Shown here: piece by piece, positions 1 through 9,476 of the stretch
Layout of the letters: each line of letters opens with the position of its first letter
How positions within the stretch are numbered: the stretch's first letter is position 1
NCBI GenBank assembly: GCA_041661275.1
Contig: JBAZUU010000004.1
Location: forward strand, 7,480 to 71,479
DNA from: Parcubacteria group bacterium
Lineage (GTDB): Bacteria > Patescibacteriota > Minisyncoccia > Moranbacterales > UBA2206
Direction: 5' to 3'
DNA length: 64,000 nucleotides
The notes under the pieces: generated by a model
The model's database searches: none
What the model was told of the DNA's origin: nothing
Seen by the model: the letters and a program-made list of their open reading frames with translations, nothing else
Translations under genes and position numbers: made by a program

Positions 1-187
1 GATACCGCATTTATCGATTATCAGCATCAAAAACAGGAAAAAACAATGATAAGTGACGAAGAATTGGATAAAATTAAAAATGACAGAAAAGACGAGAAAA
101 AAACGAAAAAGCATGGATAAATATCTAAAAATGATGTATAATATAGTCCCTAAGAAAGAAGAAAGAATAAAGAAGTAAGAAGAAAGT

Positions 188-1384
188 ATGAAAAATATCT
201 TTTATTTTATTAAAGAAAATTACATTTTAGCCAGAAGGAGAAAAATTTCTTCTAAGATTGCTTTTTTGATTATTATTGTTGCTTCCATATCTGCCATAAC
301 AATAGTTAGAATTTATTATTCTCATCTTGTTTTTCCGGAGCCACAGGTAGTAAAAATTGAAAAAAAACCGGAAATAAAACCAGAGGAATGGAAATTCAAT
401 CCCCAGCCGTTTACAATGAAAGAACTAAAGACCCGCGGATGTGTGGCGGACGGAATTTTGTCTGATTACGGTAATGATAGTGAAAATTCCACAAAGCTTA
501 TTAATCGTTCACAATGCGTCTATCTCCACAGAGCCCTTGAAACCTGGGCGGCTCCGCCGGATTTTGAAAAAGCCCGGGAAATCATGAGGGATATCGACAA
601 AAAACATATAGTTTATGGTATGTTTATTGCCGAAGCTATAGACAAAAAAGCTGATTACTATTTTCCGGAGGAAGATAGAAATTTCAGATTCTCCGATATG
701 TGCCGGGGAAGCACGGACAACCGCTGGGGCGAACATACCTGCATTCCTTCGTTCAACAAGCAGGAATATCGCGATTATTTGAAAACAATAACCCATCAGG
801 CTATGGATTTGGGTATCCAGAGCTTTCTTTTCGGACAGATTTATCTCCAGGATCCGGAGGAAAGGAATAAGTCAGAGATATATGATGTTATGAAAGATAT
901 GAGGAAGTATGCCAGCAGCAAGCATATGCAAATTATCATCGGAGCGCAGACAAATAATATGACTAATCAGAAATATCTGGACGCCTTTGACTATATCGAA
1001 GGCGGCGTAGGAATAAACAATGGAGGGAATATCGAAGACGGGCCATGCCTTTCGACAAAGGGTAGTTGCTGGGCGCTTCTGTGGCATCCGAATTATGCGA
1101 GTCGCGCCAAGAATGTTTTTTTGCATCTTGACTGGAGCGGACTCTATTATGATGACATGAGTATATTTGCCCGGATGGATCAAAAGACACGAGTAAATAC
1201 CCTGAAACATCTTTATAACTATTTCACCATGCGCGATATGGGATTTATGATGCCGTATCTTGCCACTATTAATAAAAATGATGATGGGTGCTATGGTCCC
1301 AAAAAAAGATTTTATTCTCCGGATAATAAATATAGTTGTCAGGACGAAAATTTTATCTCGGACATTTTCCTTGGACGACTCTAA
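188..1384 (+). CDS. Membrane-anchored/secreted hypothetical protein, Cys-containing
   Basis: 398-aa ORF with an N-terminal hydrophobic segment; no family motif recognised. Confidence 0.6.
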   Translation: MKNIFYFIKENYILARRRKISSKIAFLIIIVASISAITIVRIYYSHLVFPEPQVVKIEKKPEIKPEEWKFNPQPFTMKELKTRGCVADGILSDYGNDSENSTKLINRSQCVYLHRALETWAAPPDFEKAREIMRDIDKKHIVYGMFIAEAIDKKADYYFPEEDRNFRFSDMCRGSTDNRWGEHTCIPSFNKQEYRDYLKTITHQAMDLGIQSFLFGQIYLQDPEERNKSEIYDVMKDMRKYASSKHMQIIIGAQTNNMTNQKYLDAFDYIEGGVGINNGGNIEDGPCLSTKGSCWALLWHPNYASRAKNVFLHLDWSGLYYDDMSIFARMDQKTRVNTLKHLYNYFTMRDMGFMMPYLATINKNDDGCYGPKKRFYSPDNKYSCQDENFISDIFLGRL

Positions 1385-1390
1385 AAATGC

Positions 1391-1419
1391 TGGACAAAGC
1401 GGCTTTAATATGCTATACT
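1391..1419 (+). promoter_or_regulatory. sigma70 promoter
   Basis: TGGACA-17-TATACT with extended TGn. Confidence 0.6.
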
Positions 1420-1497
1420 TGATATAGATAGAAAGGAGAAAAGGAGACGGGTGAGCCCGTCTTTTTGCTTTTTTTATGCTGAAAAATCAATAAAAAT

Positions 1498-2292
1498 ATG
1501 AAAACGCTCAAAATGGAAGTATGTATGCTTCCGTCGGGAAACAATAAAAAAATCAAAATAAAGAGAACATTTGAAGGACACTTCCCCGGCCTTATTTGGC
1601 ATATCTTTTCAGGTAGTATTGAAGCGTCTTTCCATGAATGGAAAATCCGATCAAACTGGTTTTGGGAATATTTGAAAAAAAATATAACACTGGAAAGACA
1701 TGTTTTGGAATCAGAAATCAGAATAGTCATTCTTATCTTTCTTAATATCATCGCTTTTTCCTGGATAGTGAACCAAAGGTTTTTTGTTATCAGTCTTCCA
1801 TATAATTATGCTTTTGGAGAAGAGGTAACTGATACAAAAATACCTTTTATCCCCAATGAAAATCCGGATCTGGCCGGAATGACCAGGCTTGATTCGGAAA
1901 GAAAAGATAACAATGATGAAAATAAAAATGAGGAAAGCCAGACAATTATCACTGAACTTAATAAATTAATTTCTTCCCAGGATGAAAGATGCCAGAAGGA
2001 TAAAGAGAATAAGGAGTGCACAGAACTATGCGTGAAAAATGAAGAGGAAATTATTGCTCAAATGAAGGCCGAAGAACGAAAAGGATGGGCTAAATATCTT
2101 TCCGGGAAGCCGAGATTATTGCAACCGAGCGCGCATATTTCCTGCGCTAAAGATACAAAAGGCGCGAGAAGGAGTGATACCAAGGGAAAACACAGAGATG
2201 AGGATTGTTGCCCGGATCCGGACGAATGGCCAAAGCCTGGTTGTCGTTATAGCGCGGCGGGACTGGCGCTTATGATGAAAGGACCAAAATAA
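1498..2292 (+). CDS. Membrane-anchored hypothetical protein with Cys-rich C-terminus
   Basis: ORF with one TM segment and C-terminal CCPDPDEWPKPGC. Confidence 0.55.
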   Translation: MKTLKMEVCMLPSGNNKKIKIKRTFEGHFPGLIWHIFSGSIEASFHEWKIRSNWFWEYLKKNITLERHVLESEIRIVILIFLNIIAFSWIVNQRFFVISLPYNYAFGEEVTDTKIPFIPNENPDLAGMTRLDSERKDNNDENKNEESQTIITELNKLISSQDERCQKDKENKECTELCVKNEEEIIAQMKAEERKGWAKYLSGKPRLLQPSAHISCAKDTKGARRSDTKGKHRDEDCCPDPDEWPKPGCRYSAAGLALMMKGPK

Positions 2293-2293
2293 G

Positions 2294-2923
2294 ATGAGAA
2301 AAAAAATAAAAAAATTTAAGGCAAATTTTCAAAAAGCTTTCTTGGCCAAGACCGAGAAGCTTTTTGCCATTCCTCATCCCAAAGACGCCATAAACATCCT
2401 CTATCTTTTTATGGTCTTTATGTCTTTTTCTTATGGAATACTAATATATATGGCCGGTCAAGCCATAGAGCACGAGAACTATAATGGTAACCCGAGTCCC
2501 CGGAATCCGGGGCTGGAAAGAAAAATAGGCAAGATGACCCACGGTTACCCGATAGAAAAAATGTCTCCTTACATTTCTGAAAAAGATAAAAAAGTAGCTA
2601 CATTTCTCATCGCTATTGGAAAGAAAGAAAGTAACTGGGGTAGGATTTCTCCTAAAAAAGATGGGCGGGAATGTTTCAACTACTGGGGCTATCGCGGTCA
2701 GGAAAATACAACGGCTTCCGGTTATTCCTGTTTCCGCAATCCCCAGCAGGCGGTGAATATTGTCGGCCAAAGAATTCAAGAACTAGTAGATCAGGATTTG
2801 GATACCCCGAGAAAAATGGCGGTCTGGAAATGTGGTTGGGATTGTTCTTGGGACAATCCGGCACAAGTGAGAAAGTGGGTCAGTGACGTCGACTTTTATT
2901 ATCAAAAAATTTACGTAGAATAG
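2294..2923 (+). CDS. Lysozyme-like/glucosaminidase-like peptidoglycan hydrolase
   Basis: TM anchor then IAIGKKESNWG...NYWGY, resembling the catalytic Glu motif of lysozyme-fold hydrolases. Confidence 0.5.
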   Translation: MRKKIKKFKANFQKAFLAKTEKLFAIPHPKDAINILYLFMVFMSFSYGILIYMAGQAIEHENYNGNPSPRNPGLERKIGKMTHGYPIEKMSPYISEKDKKVATFLIAIGKKESNWGRISPKKDGRECFNYWGYRGQENTTASGYSCFRNPQQAVNIVGQRIQELVDQDLDTPRKMAVWKCGWDCSWDNPAQVRKWVSDVDFYYQKIYVE

Positions 2924-2954
2924 TTTTTCTACTGTTTTATGCTAGAATATTAGC

Positions 2955-3707
2955 ATGAATAAAAAATATATAATCATAATGATATGCGCCGTTTTAATTT
3001 TAGCTCCGGCGCTTTTTTTGTCCGCCAGCTGGCGGACAAAATGGGAAAAGAAAGTAGAGTTTAAAAAAATTCAAAAAATCACAGAAACGGATAATAATAT
3101 AACTTCGGAAAATACTGATTTGGAAAACTTACCGGAAAATAACTCGCCGGAGAATAATAACGATTCTTCTATCCGAGAAAATAAAGCCGCGCAAGAAAAT
3201 GATAATAAGATCGAAGATGAAAATAAAAAATCCGAACCAGTAAGTGTGGCTAAAATTACTAATAGGCTGGTCAGCTGGGGATATGAAAAGGCGGATTCGC
3301 GAAAAATTGATACAATCATTGTTCATTCGACATATAACATCACTTCAAGCGACCCATTTGATCTGGATGCTATCATTTATAAAGAATATAAGCCCTATGG
3401 CGTTTCACCTCACTATATCATCAATCGTGACGGAAAAATTTATCGTCTAGTTGAAGATAAAAATATTGCTTACCATGCCGGGGAATCCAAGATGCCTGAC
3501 GGCCGCACTGGCGTCAATAATTTTTCTATCGGCATTGAACTGGTCAATTCTAAAACTGCCAAGCCGACCGATGAACAATATGCTTCTTTAAAATATCTAA
3601 TTGGATATATTAAGGGCAAATATTCTATAAAATACACCCTTGGCCACAAGGATATCGCCTCCGGCCGCAAAGATGACCCGTGGAATTTTGATTGGGGGAA
3701 AATTTAG
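2955..3707 (+). CDS. N-acetylmuramoyl-L-alanine amidase (Amidase_2/AmpD-like)
   Basis: IIVHST, SPHYII, AYHAG, NNFSIGIEL, GHKDI..RKDDP; N-terminal signal/TM. Confidence 0.85.
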   Translation: MNKKYIIIMICAVLILAPALFLSASWRTKWEKKVEFKKIQKITETDNNITSENTDLENLPENNSPENNNDSSIRENKAAQENDNKIEDENKKSEPVSVAKITNRLVSWGYEKADSRKIDTIIVHSTYNITSSDPFDLDAIIYKEYKPYGVSPHYIINRDGKIYRLVEDKNIAYHAGESKMPDGRTGVNNFSIGIELVNSKTAKPTDEQYASLKYLIGYIKGKYSIKYTLGHKDIASGRKDDPWNFDWGKI

Positions 3708-3772
3708 AATAATAAAGCGGTTTAATTGTATTTTTACAGGCAGAGATAAATCATTGAAAGGGGGTGATAAAC

Positions 3773-4123
3773 ATGCCTATGAAAGAACAAATCAGGACGT
3801 CGAGAGGGCTAAATGTTCTAGCCGGTGTTTGGCTTATTATTTCGCCCTACATCCTGGGTTTTGCCAAAACTTCCGCTGCTACCAATGCTATAATCGTGGG
3901 AATTGTGGTGGGTATTTTGGCGCTTATCAGTGCAACTTCACCCGAATCGGCCATGTGGACAGGTTGGGTCAACATAATCCTGGGAGTTTGGATGATTATT
4001 TCACCTTTCATTTTGGGTTTTGTTGGTGGAGCGGTCGTTATGAATAGCATTATCTTGGGAATTATCGTTATCGCATTATCCGCTTGGAGCTCTTCGACGA
4101 CAGCCAAGTTGGGAACGGCCTAA
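3773..4123 (+). CDS. SPW-repeat integral membrane protein
   Basis: Two copies of N..LGVW.IISP[YF]ILGF. Confidence 0.8.
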   Translation: MPMKEQIRTSRGLNVLAGVWLIISPYILGFAKTSAATNAIIVGIVVGILALISATSPESAMWTGWVNIILGVWMIISPFILGFVGGAVVMNSIILGIIVIALSAWSSSTTAKLGTA

Positions 4124-4147
4124 GTCTTCTTTTCGCCTATGGGGGAA

Positions 4148-4183
4148 AAATTAAATCCCGTCGAAAGACAGGGATTTAATTTT
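4148..4183 (+). terminator. Intrinsic terminator
   Basis: aaattaaatccc-gtcgaaagac-agggatttaatttt hairpin. Confidence 0.6.
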
Positions 4184-4312
4184 GGTTATTTGAGTAATTT
4201 GCTAATTATATGAATTTTAGGGTAGAATAAAAAACCATTGGTTGAAATGAAAGTATATCGGAATTAAAAACCATGTTCTTTTCCATAAACCGAATCTCTA
4301 GGAGGGATTACG

Positions 4313-5845
4313 ATGAAAGATCCAAGAGTGGTGGTTATTGATCTCGGTTCTCAGTACACCCGAGTTATTGGACGTGCTTTAGGAGAGTTGGGCGTTCGCT
4401 CTGTAGTACTGAATGCACAGAAGGCGGAAAGCTGGATCAGAAGGGAGTGGCCAAAAGGTATCATTCTTTCCGGAGGAGACAGTAGCGTCTATGAAAAGAA
4501 TGCCATCTTTCCTCCAGAAATTATTCTCACATTAGGAGTACCAGTACTGGGCATCTGTTACGGGATGCAATGGATGGCTCATGTTCTCGGGGGAAAAGTT
4601 ATTCCCAGTCACGAGGACAAAGAATATGGCGAAGTAACGGCATGTTTTTATCCCAACCCTCTATTTTCTGGTCTGAAAGACAAAAGTGTTGTCTGGACCA
4701 GTCATGGAGACAGCGTGGCTGATGCTCCGCCAGGTTTTTCAGTGATTGCTAGGTCAAAAGAAACAGGAACTATTGCTGGCATGAGCAATAAAGCGCGAAG
4801 GCTTTGGGGGGTCCAATTCCATCCAGAAGTTACCCACACTGAATACGGGAAGGACATGCTTAGCAGGTTTCTTTTCAACATCTGCGGATGTGAAACGGAT
4901 TGGGAACCGAAAGATGCTATCGAAGAGGTGCGGGAAGAATTGCGCTCGCTGACACATCTCCGATTTGTGAGTGGTTTCAGTGGAGGGGTCGATTCAAGTA
5001 CGCTTGCTGCTGTGGTAGCTCCTGTTCTTGGAAATAATGTGAAAGTTTTTACCATCGACAGTGGCGCCTTGAGGGAAAATGAAATTCCTGAAATCCGTGC
5101 CAATGCTAAAGCAGCTGGCGTTCAGCTAAGAGTAGTCCATGCTGCCAGACGTTTTCAAAAAGGAATCGGGCACACCTCCGATGCTGAAACGAAACGGAAG
5201 AGATTTAGCCGGGTTTATGGTGAAATTTCCGCCGAGCAGGCCAAAATGTTTGGAGGTGATAAGCCACTGTGCTTCATCCAAGGAACGCTAGCTACGGACT
5301 TGATCGAGTCAGGCAAAGCTGGCGAGTCGGCGCTTATCAAAACCCATCACAATACCAGACTGAAGCTTCGGGATGTTCAACAGATCCATCCATTTCGACG
5401 ATTTTTCAAACATGAAGTTCGCGATTTGGCCCGGACACTAGGGTTACCTGTTTCTATCAGTGAAAGACAGCCCTTTCCTGGACCGGGACTGTTTATCAGG
5501 GTCTTGGGGAAACCACCAACATTAGACAAGCTAGTCTTGGCTAGGTGGGCTGATGCTAGGGTAGCCGAAGTTCTCATAAGAAAAGGCATCTACAATACTC
5601 TCTCCCAACTCGTTGTCGCCCTTGATTGTACTAAAAGTGTTGGCATCAAAGGAGATGCTCGAGCCTACGGCTATTCGATTCGGGTCCGGGCTGTCCAGAC
5701 GACCGATTTTATGACCGTGAAAGGTGTCCATTTTTCGGAGGAAATTGAGGATGAAATCGAGAGGGTGGTGACAAAGCACCCGCGTATTGTTCAAGTAGGT
5801 TTCTACCCGTGCAATAAACCGCCGGCAACGACCGAATTTGAATAG
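4313..5845 (+). CDS. guaA: GMP synthase (glutamine-hydrolysing)
   Basis: DLGSQY, GICYGMQ, QFHPEV triad motifs, SGGVDS PP-loop, PFPGPGL, KPPATTEFE. Confidence 0.95.
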   Translation: MKDPRVVVIDLGSQYTRVIGRALGELGVRSVVLNAQKAESWIRREWPKGIILSGGDSSVYEKNAIFPPEIILTLGVPVLGICYGMQWMAHVLGGKVIPSHEDKEYGEVTACFYPNPLFSGLKDKSVVWTSHGDSVADAPPGFSVIARSKETGTIAGMSNKARRLWGVQFHPEVTHTEYGKDMLSRFLFNICGCETDWEPKDAIEEVREELRSLTHLRFVSGFSGGVDSSTLAAVVAPVLGNNVKVFTIDSGALRENEIPEIRANAKAAGVQLRVVHAARRFQKGIGHTSDAETKRKRFSRVYGEISAEQAKMFGGDKPLCFIQGTLATDLIESGKAGESALIKTHHNTRLKLRDVQQIHPFRRFFKHEVRDLARTLGLPVSISERQPFPGPGLFIRVLGKPPTLDKLVLARWADARVAEVLIRKGIYNTLSQLVVALDCTKSVGIKGDARAYGYSIRVRAVQTTDFMTVKGVHFSEEIEDEIERVVTKHPRIVQVGFYPCNKPPATTEFE

Positions 5846-5863
5846 TCCTCGAAGAATTAAGTT

Positions 5864-5897
5864 GAGCTCTGGCAGGCTGCGACCCGCCAGAGCTTTT
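5864..5897 (+). terminator. Intrinsic terminator
   Basis: agctctggc...gccagagct followed by T run. Confidence 0.6.
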
Positions 5898-5957
5898 CTA
5901 TTTGCCAGACGGGTGTTATTTAAAGTAAGATTAGGTTATAAGTATACTATAAATCAT

Positions 5958-6557
5958 ATGAACATTTGCATTTTTGGCGCCAGTATTACTTATGGGTACT
6001 ATGACCAAAAAATGGGCGGATATGTCCAGAGAATTCGCCATTATCTTGAAAATAAAAATAAATTTGACGGTCAAATTTTTAATCTGGGAGTTTCTGGTGC
6101 TAGTACGAAAGATATACTGAAAAGATTCGACATTGAGGCAGAGGCAAGAAGGCCGGGATTAATTATTTTTTCTTTAAATACCAATGATACTCAATTTCTG
6201 ATTAAAGAAAATAAGCAAAGAGTGACAATTAAAGATTATGTAAAGAATATAAATGAGTTAATAAATAAAGCCAGAAAATTTACACCAAATATTATTTTCA
6301 TTGGAATCGCAGCAGTTAATGATAATAAAACCAACCCATTGCCTTGGGCAACTAACAAGGTTGTCGGAAATAAAACTATTGAAAAATATAATAATACAGC
6401 TATGAAGATATGCGAAAGAGGGAAAATAAAATTTATCAATCTTTATTCTGAAATGATCAATCTGGACTATAAATCAATGCTTTTTGATGGTCTTCATCCA
6501 AATGCCGAAGGCCATCAATGGATGGCGGAGAGAATAATTAAGGAAATAAATTTATGA
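5958..6557 (+). CDS. SGNH/GDSL hydrolase
   Basis: FGASITYG, NLGVSG, NTND, DGLHPN; start moved to ATG 5958. Confidence 0.85.
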   Translation: MNICIFGASITYGYYDQKMGGYVQRIRHYLENKNKFDGQIFNLGVSGASTKDILKRFDIEAEARRPGLIIFSLNTNDTQFLIKENKQRVTIKDYVKNINELINKARKFTPNIIFIGIAAVNDNKTNPLPWATNKVVGNKTIEKYNNTAMKICERGKIKFINLYSEMINLDYKSMLFDGLHPNAEGHQWMAERIIKEINL

Positions 6558-7087
6558 AAACATTGATTATTTCAGGTAGTCCAAGAAAGGGAAATACGGA
6601 ATTTATTCTTAGCAAAATCTACAAATCTCTCAGGGGAAATAAAGAACTTATCTTGCTCCGAAATAAAAATATTAAACATTGCTCCGGGTGTTTATATTGT
6701 GATGGGCATAAAAAATGCGCTATTCAGGACGACATGCAGGAAATATACAGAAAATTACTCAAAGCCGATTTAATTATCCTCGGTACTCCAAACTATTTTG
6801 ACAATGTGCCGGGGATAATGAAGGATTTTGTTGACAGAACTAATCCATTTTATGAAACTGACAAATTGAAAGGTAAAAAAGTTATTTCAATTGTTGTTGG
6901 AGGCGGAAAAGTCAATAACTCCAAACGGGTGGGCGAACAAGCCTTGAAATATTTTATAAATGGCCATCAAATGAAATCGGTGGGGAAATATTATTTTCAG
7001 GCATTATATCCCAAGGATATTGAAAATAATCCCGAAGCTATCAGCGAAGCGGGTAAAATTATTAAAAAAATTAACACAATAAGGTAA
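6554..7087 (+). CDS. Flavodoxin-family protein (iron-sulfur flavoprotein/FMN reductase-like)
   Basis: SGSPRKGNT, CxxCxxC-x5-C, GTPNYF, KDFVDR. Confidence 0.85.
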   Translation: MKTLIISGSPRKGNTEFILSKIYKSLRGNKELILLRNKNIKHCSGCLYCDGHKKCAIQDDMQEIYRKLLKADLIILGTPNYFDNVPGIMKDFVDRTNPFYETDKLKGKKVISIVVGGGKVNNSKRVGEQALKYFINGHQMKSVGKYYFQALYPKDIENNPEAISEAGKIIKKINTIR

Positions 7088-7091
7088 ATGT

Positions 7092-7445
7092 ATGGGCATT
7101 AAAGTTGAATTTAATCCTGATCTGGCGCTTCGAGACATTTCGGAATATAAAAAAGGAAGCAGAAAAATTGAAGAATGCATTCCTGATCCATTGGAAGAAG
7201 GGAAAACATATGATTTTTTGAAAAAAGACCAGAGAAATTATTGGATATATGGAGAGATTCCACTGATTGAAACAAAAGGCAATGAAGTGCTTTCGCGTCC
7301 CAAAGCCAGTATCCAAATTTTGGAAGCGACGCATTTTTGCGTGGATGGTATTATGTATACCAAGGGGAAATATCAGGTTAAGGAAGTATTTAAAGATGAC
7401 GATATTCATTTTGAATGTTTTGATAAACTAGGAGTTAGAAAATAA
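7092..7445 (+). CDS. Hypothetical protein
   Basis: ORF tightly packed between co-oriented genes. Confidence 0.6.
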   Translation: MGIKVEFNPDLALRDISEYKKGSRKIEECIPDPLEEGKTYDFLKKDQRNYWIYGEIPLIETKGNEVLSRPKASIQILEATHFCVDGIMYTKGKYQVKEVFKDDDIHFECFDKLGVRK

Positions 7446-7449
7446 TTTT

Positions 7450-8088
7450 ATGAAAATAAAAGTAATCCTCTTTGATTTTGGGCGGGTCTTGGCGGATTTT
7501 GATTTTATGAATTTTGCAAGAATTGTTGAAAAATTTTCTCTTTTATCCGCGGAAGAAATAGTGAAAAAAACAGTGGATAATAAACCGATGTCCAGATTTC
7601 AAAAAGGGCAAACTAGCCCGATGGAATTTTTTAGGGAGATGAAAAAAGAATTGAAAATGTCAGGTATGAAATATCAACAATTTAAATTTGCCTGGAACGC
7701 AGTGCTGGTTCATCCGGATAAAAAAACAGAAAAAATACTTTCCAGGATTAAACCAGATGTGAAAATATTAATTTTGTCTACCAACGATGCTTTACATTGG
7801 GGAAAAGAAAACAAATACAAAATGGTCAAAAGATATTTTCCTCTTTCCTGCCAAAGAGTACTGTCTCACAAAGTCGGGGCAGAAAAACCAGAGCTTAAAA
7901 TATACAAAAAAGCGCTTGGCCGCTATAACATTCCCGCTTCGCAGACTCTTTATATTGATGACAATAGGACGTATCTGGAAGCGTTTCAAAAATTGGGCGG
8001 CAATACGATATATTACAGTTGTCGGCTGCATTCGTTTGATTATTTAACAAGGGAACTGAATGAGTTCGGGGTTTTGAATAAAAATTAA
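7450..8088 (+). CDS. HAD-family hydrolase
   Basis: FDFGRVL motif I, EKP, YIDD. Confidence 0.85.
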   Translation: MKIKVILFDFGRVLADFDFMNFARIVEKFSLLSAEEIVKKTVDNKPMSRFQKGQTSPMEFFREMKKELKMSGMKYQQFKFAWNAVLVHPDKKTEKILSRIKPDVKILILSTNDALHWGKENKYKMVKRYFPLSCQRVLSHKVGAEKPELKIYKKALGRYNIPASQTLYIDDNRTYLEAFQKLGGNTIYYSCRLHSFDYLTRELNEFGVLNKN

Positions 8089-8098
8089 AATAACAAAT

Positions 8099-8377
8099 AT
8101 GGAAATAAAAAGTTTATTACAAACAAGCCGGGAAATTTGGGGCGGTAAAAAATTATCACTTGGAGAAATTATCGTCAGAACGGGAAAAATTTTTGGTGAT
8201 ATTTGTCGTTGGGAACGCGATGCCGCAAAAGACAAGGATACGCATACGGAAGAAGAAATAAAAAAGGAATTAGGGAATATGATATTTTGTACGATCAAAT
8301 GGTACGATGATTTGGGCTATGATCCGGAAGAATGCATCGAATTGGCCATTGAGTGTCAGAAGAATTTTAAAAAATAA
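8099..8377 (+). CDS. MazG-like nucleotide pyrophosphohydrolase domain protein
   Basis: Small helical protein with EEIKKELGN. Confidence 0.55.
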   Translation: MEIKSLLQTSREIWGGKKLSLGEIIVRTGKIFGDICRWERDAAKDKDTHTEEEIKKELGNMIFCTIKWYDDLGYDPEECIELAIECQKNFKK

Positions 8378-8455
8378 CAAAAACCCCCGTTTATAGGGGG
8401 AATAGCCTATCCCTTGCGGGAGACCTGCCATACGGACAGTGTTCGGCTATTGCTA
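8378..8455 (-). ncRNA. Candidate small structured RNA divergent from the DUF3800 gene
   Basis: Minus strand: TGcTATAAT promoter, three-way junction with GCAA loop, GC hairpin plus U run. Confidence 0.55.
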
Positions 8456-8554
8456 ATCCTATTATAGCACATAATATCATCAGCCAGCGCTTTTTTACTT
8501 GCGCGAGACAATTAGCAGTGGTATAATATCACTATAGCTAATTATTTTTTAAAA

Positions 8555-9331
8555 ATGCCCACAAATAAACATTTTAGAGATATAAAAACTGGATTTTGCT
8601 TTCTTGATGAAACCGGACTCATTCATAGTGAACAGGATAGATTTTTTGCTCTGGGAATAATAAAATGTAATGATCCACAAAAATTATATAACAGGATAAG
8701 AAAGGTAAGAAGCAGATATAGATATGGCTAAGAACTAAAATGGTCTAATCTTGATCGAAAAATACGCTTTGATATAGCCAGAGAATTTGTTAATATATTT
8801 CTAACAGAGGACGCGAAATTTAATTGTATCATTCTTGATAAAAGTGAACTGGATTTTGAAAAATATTACGACAATAATCTATATAAAGTTTATAGGAATT
8901 TCACTATAGCTCTTTTGAAGTTAATTATCGGAAATAATCCTCAGGAAGTCCTAGTTGTTTTGGCTGATGATTATTTTTCTCCCGACGGAACCGACTTGGA
9001 AATTACGATTAAAAAATTCATTAATGATCACTATAAAAGGTTTGTTGTTGCTGGTGTATGTCAGATAAATTCCAAATGTTCAGATATTTTACAATTAACA
9101 GACTTACTTCTCGGAGCTATAGCCTATGATTTGAAAAAACAAAATAAACTAATAAAAAGGCAGACTGAATATAAAAGAAAATTTTTGAACTTTTTATATC
9201 AAAAACTGAAAATAAAAAAATCTTTTTTCAAAAATGGATTCGGTTTTAATACGAGAAATTATGTTCTGTCGGGAGATAAAATTAGAGCAACCATTTTTGA
9301 TTACCGCAGATCCAAGAGGAGGCGAAAATAA
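8555..9331 (+). pseudogene. DUF3800-domain (RNase H-like) protein interrupted by in-frame TAA at 8729-8731
   Basis: ATG 8555 is in frame with ORF 8915; FLDETG, (stop)ELKW, LQLTDLLLGA; promoter TTGCGC-17-TATAAT at 8499-8527. Confidence 0.75.
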
Positions 9332-9398
9332 AAAACAAGCCATGGCCCATAACGGGCGACGCTTGTTTTTCGCAGGCATTATGAATAATAACACCTGC
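9328..9398 (-). ncRNA. Candidate small RNA convergent on the DUF3800 gene
   Basis: Minus strand TTGACA-17-TATTCT promoter with extended TG, two hairpins, U run. Confidence 0.6.
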
Positions 9399-9476
9399 AA
9401 CAAGAATAGCAGATATATCCTATCTTGTCAACAATTAATACCAGGGCCAGATAATAATTATTTCAGGCGAATAGTT

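Noticed and set aside
4184-4312. Purine riboswitch upstream of guaA
   Set aside because: No recognisable aptamer consensus or expression-platform terminator
8729-8731. Stop-codon reassignment
   Set aside because: TAA terminates most genes here, and TGA and TAG also act as stops
9234-9476. N-terminal extension of ORF 9234..9734
   Set aside because: Overlaps the DUF3800 gene and the small-RNA unit; the recognisable domain starts at ATG 9477
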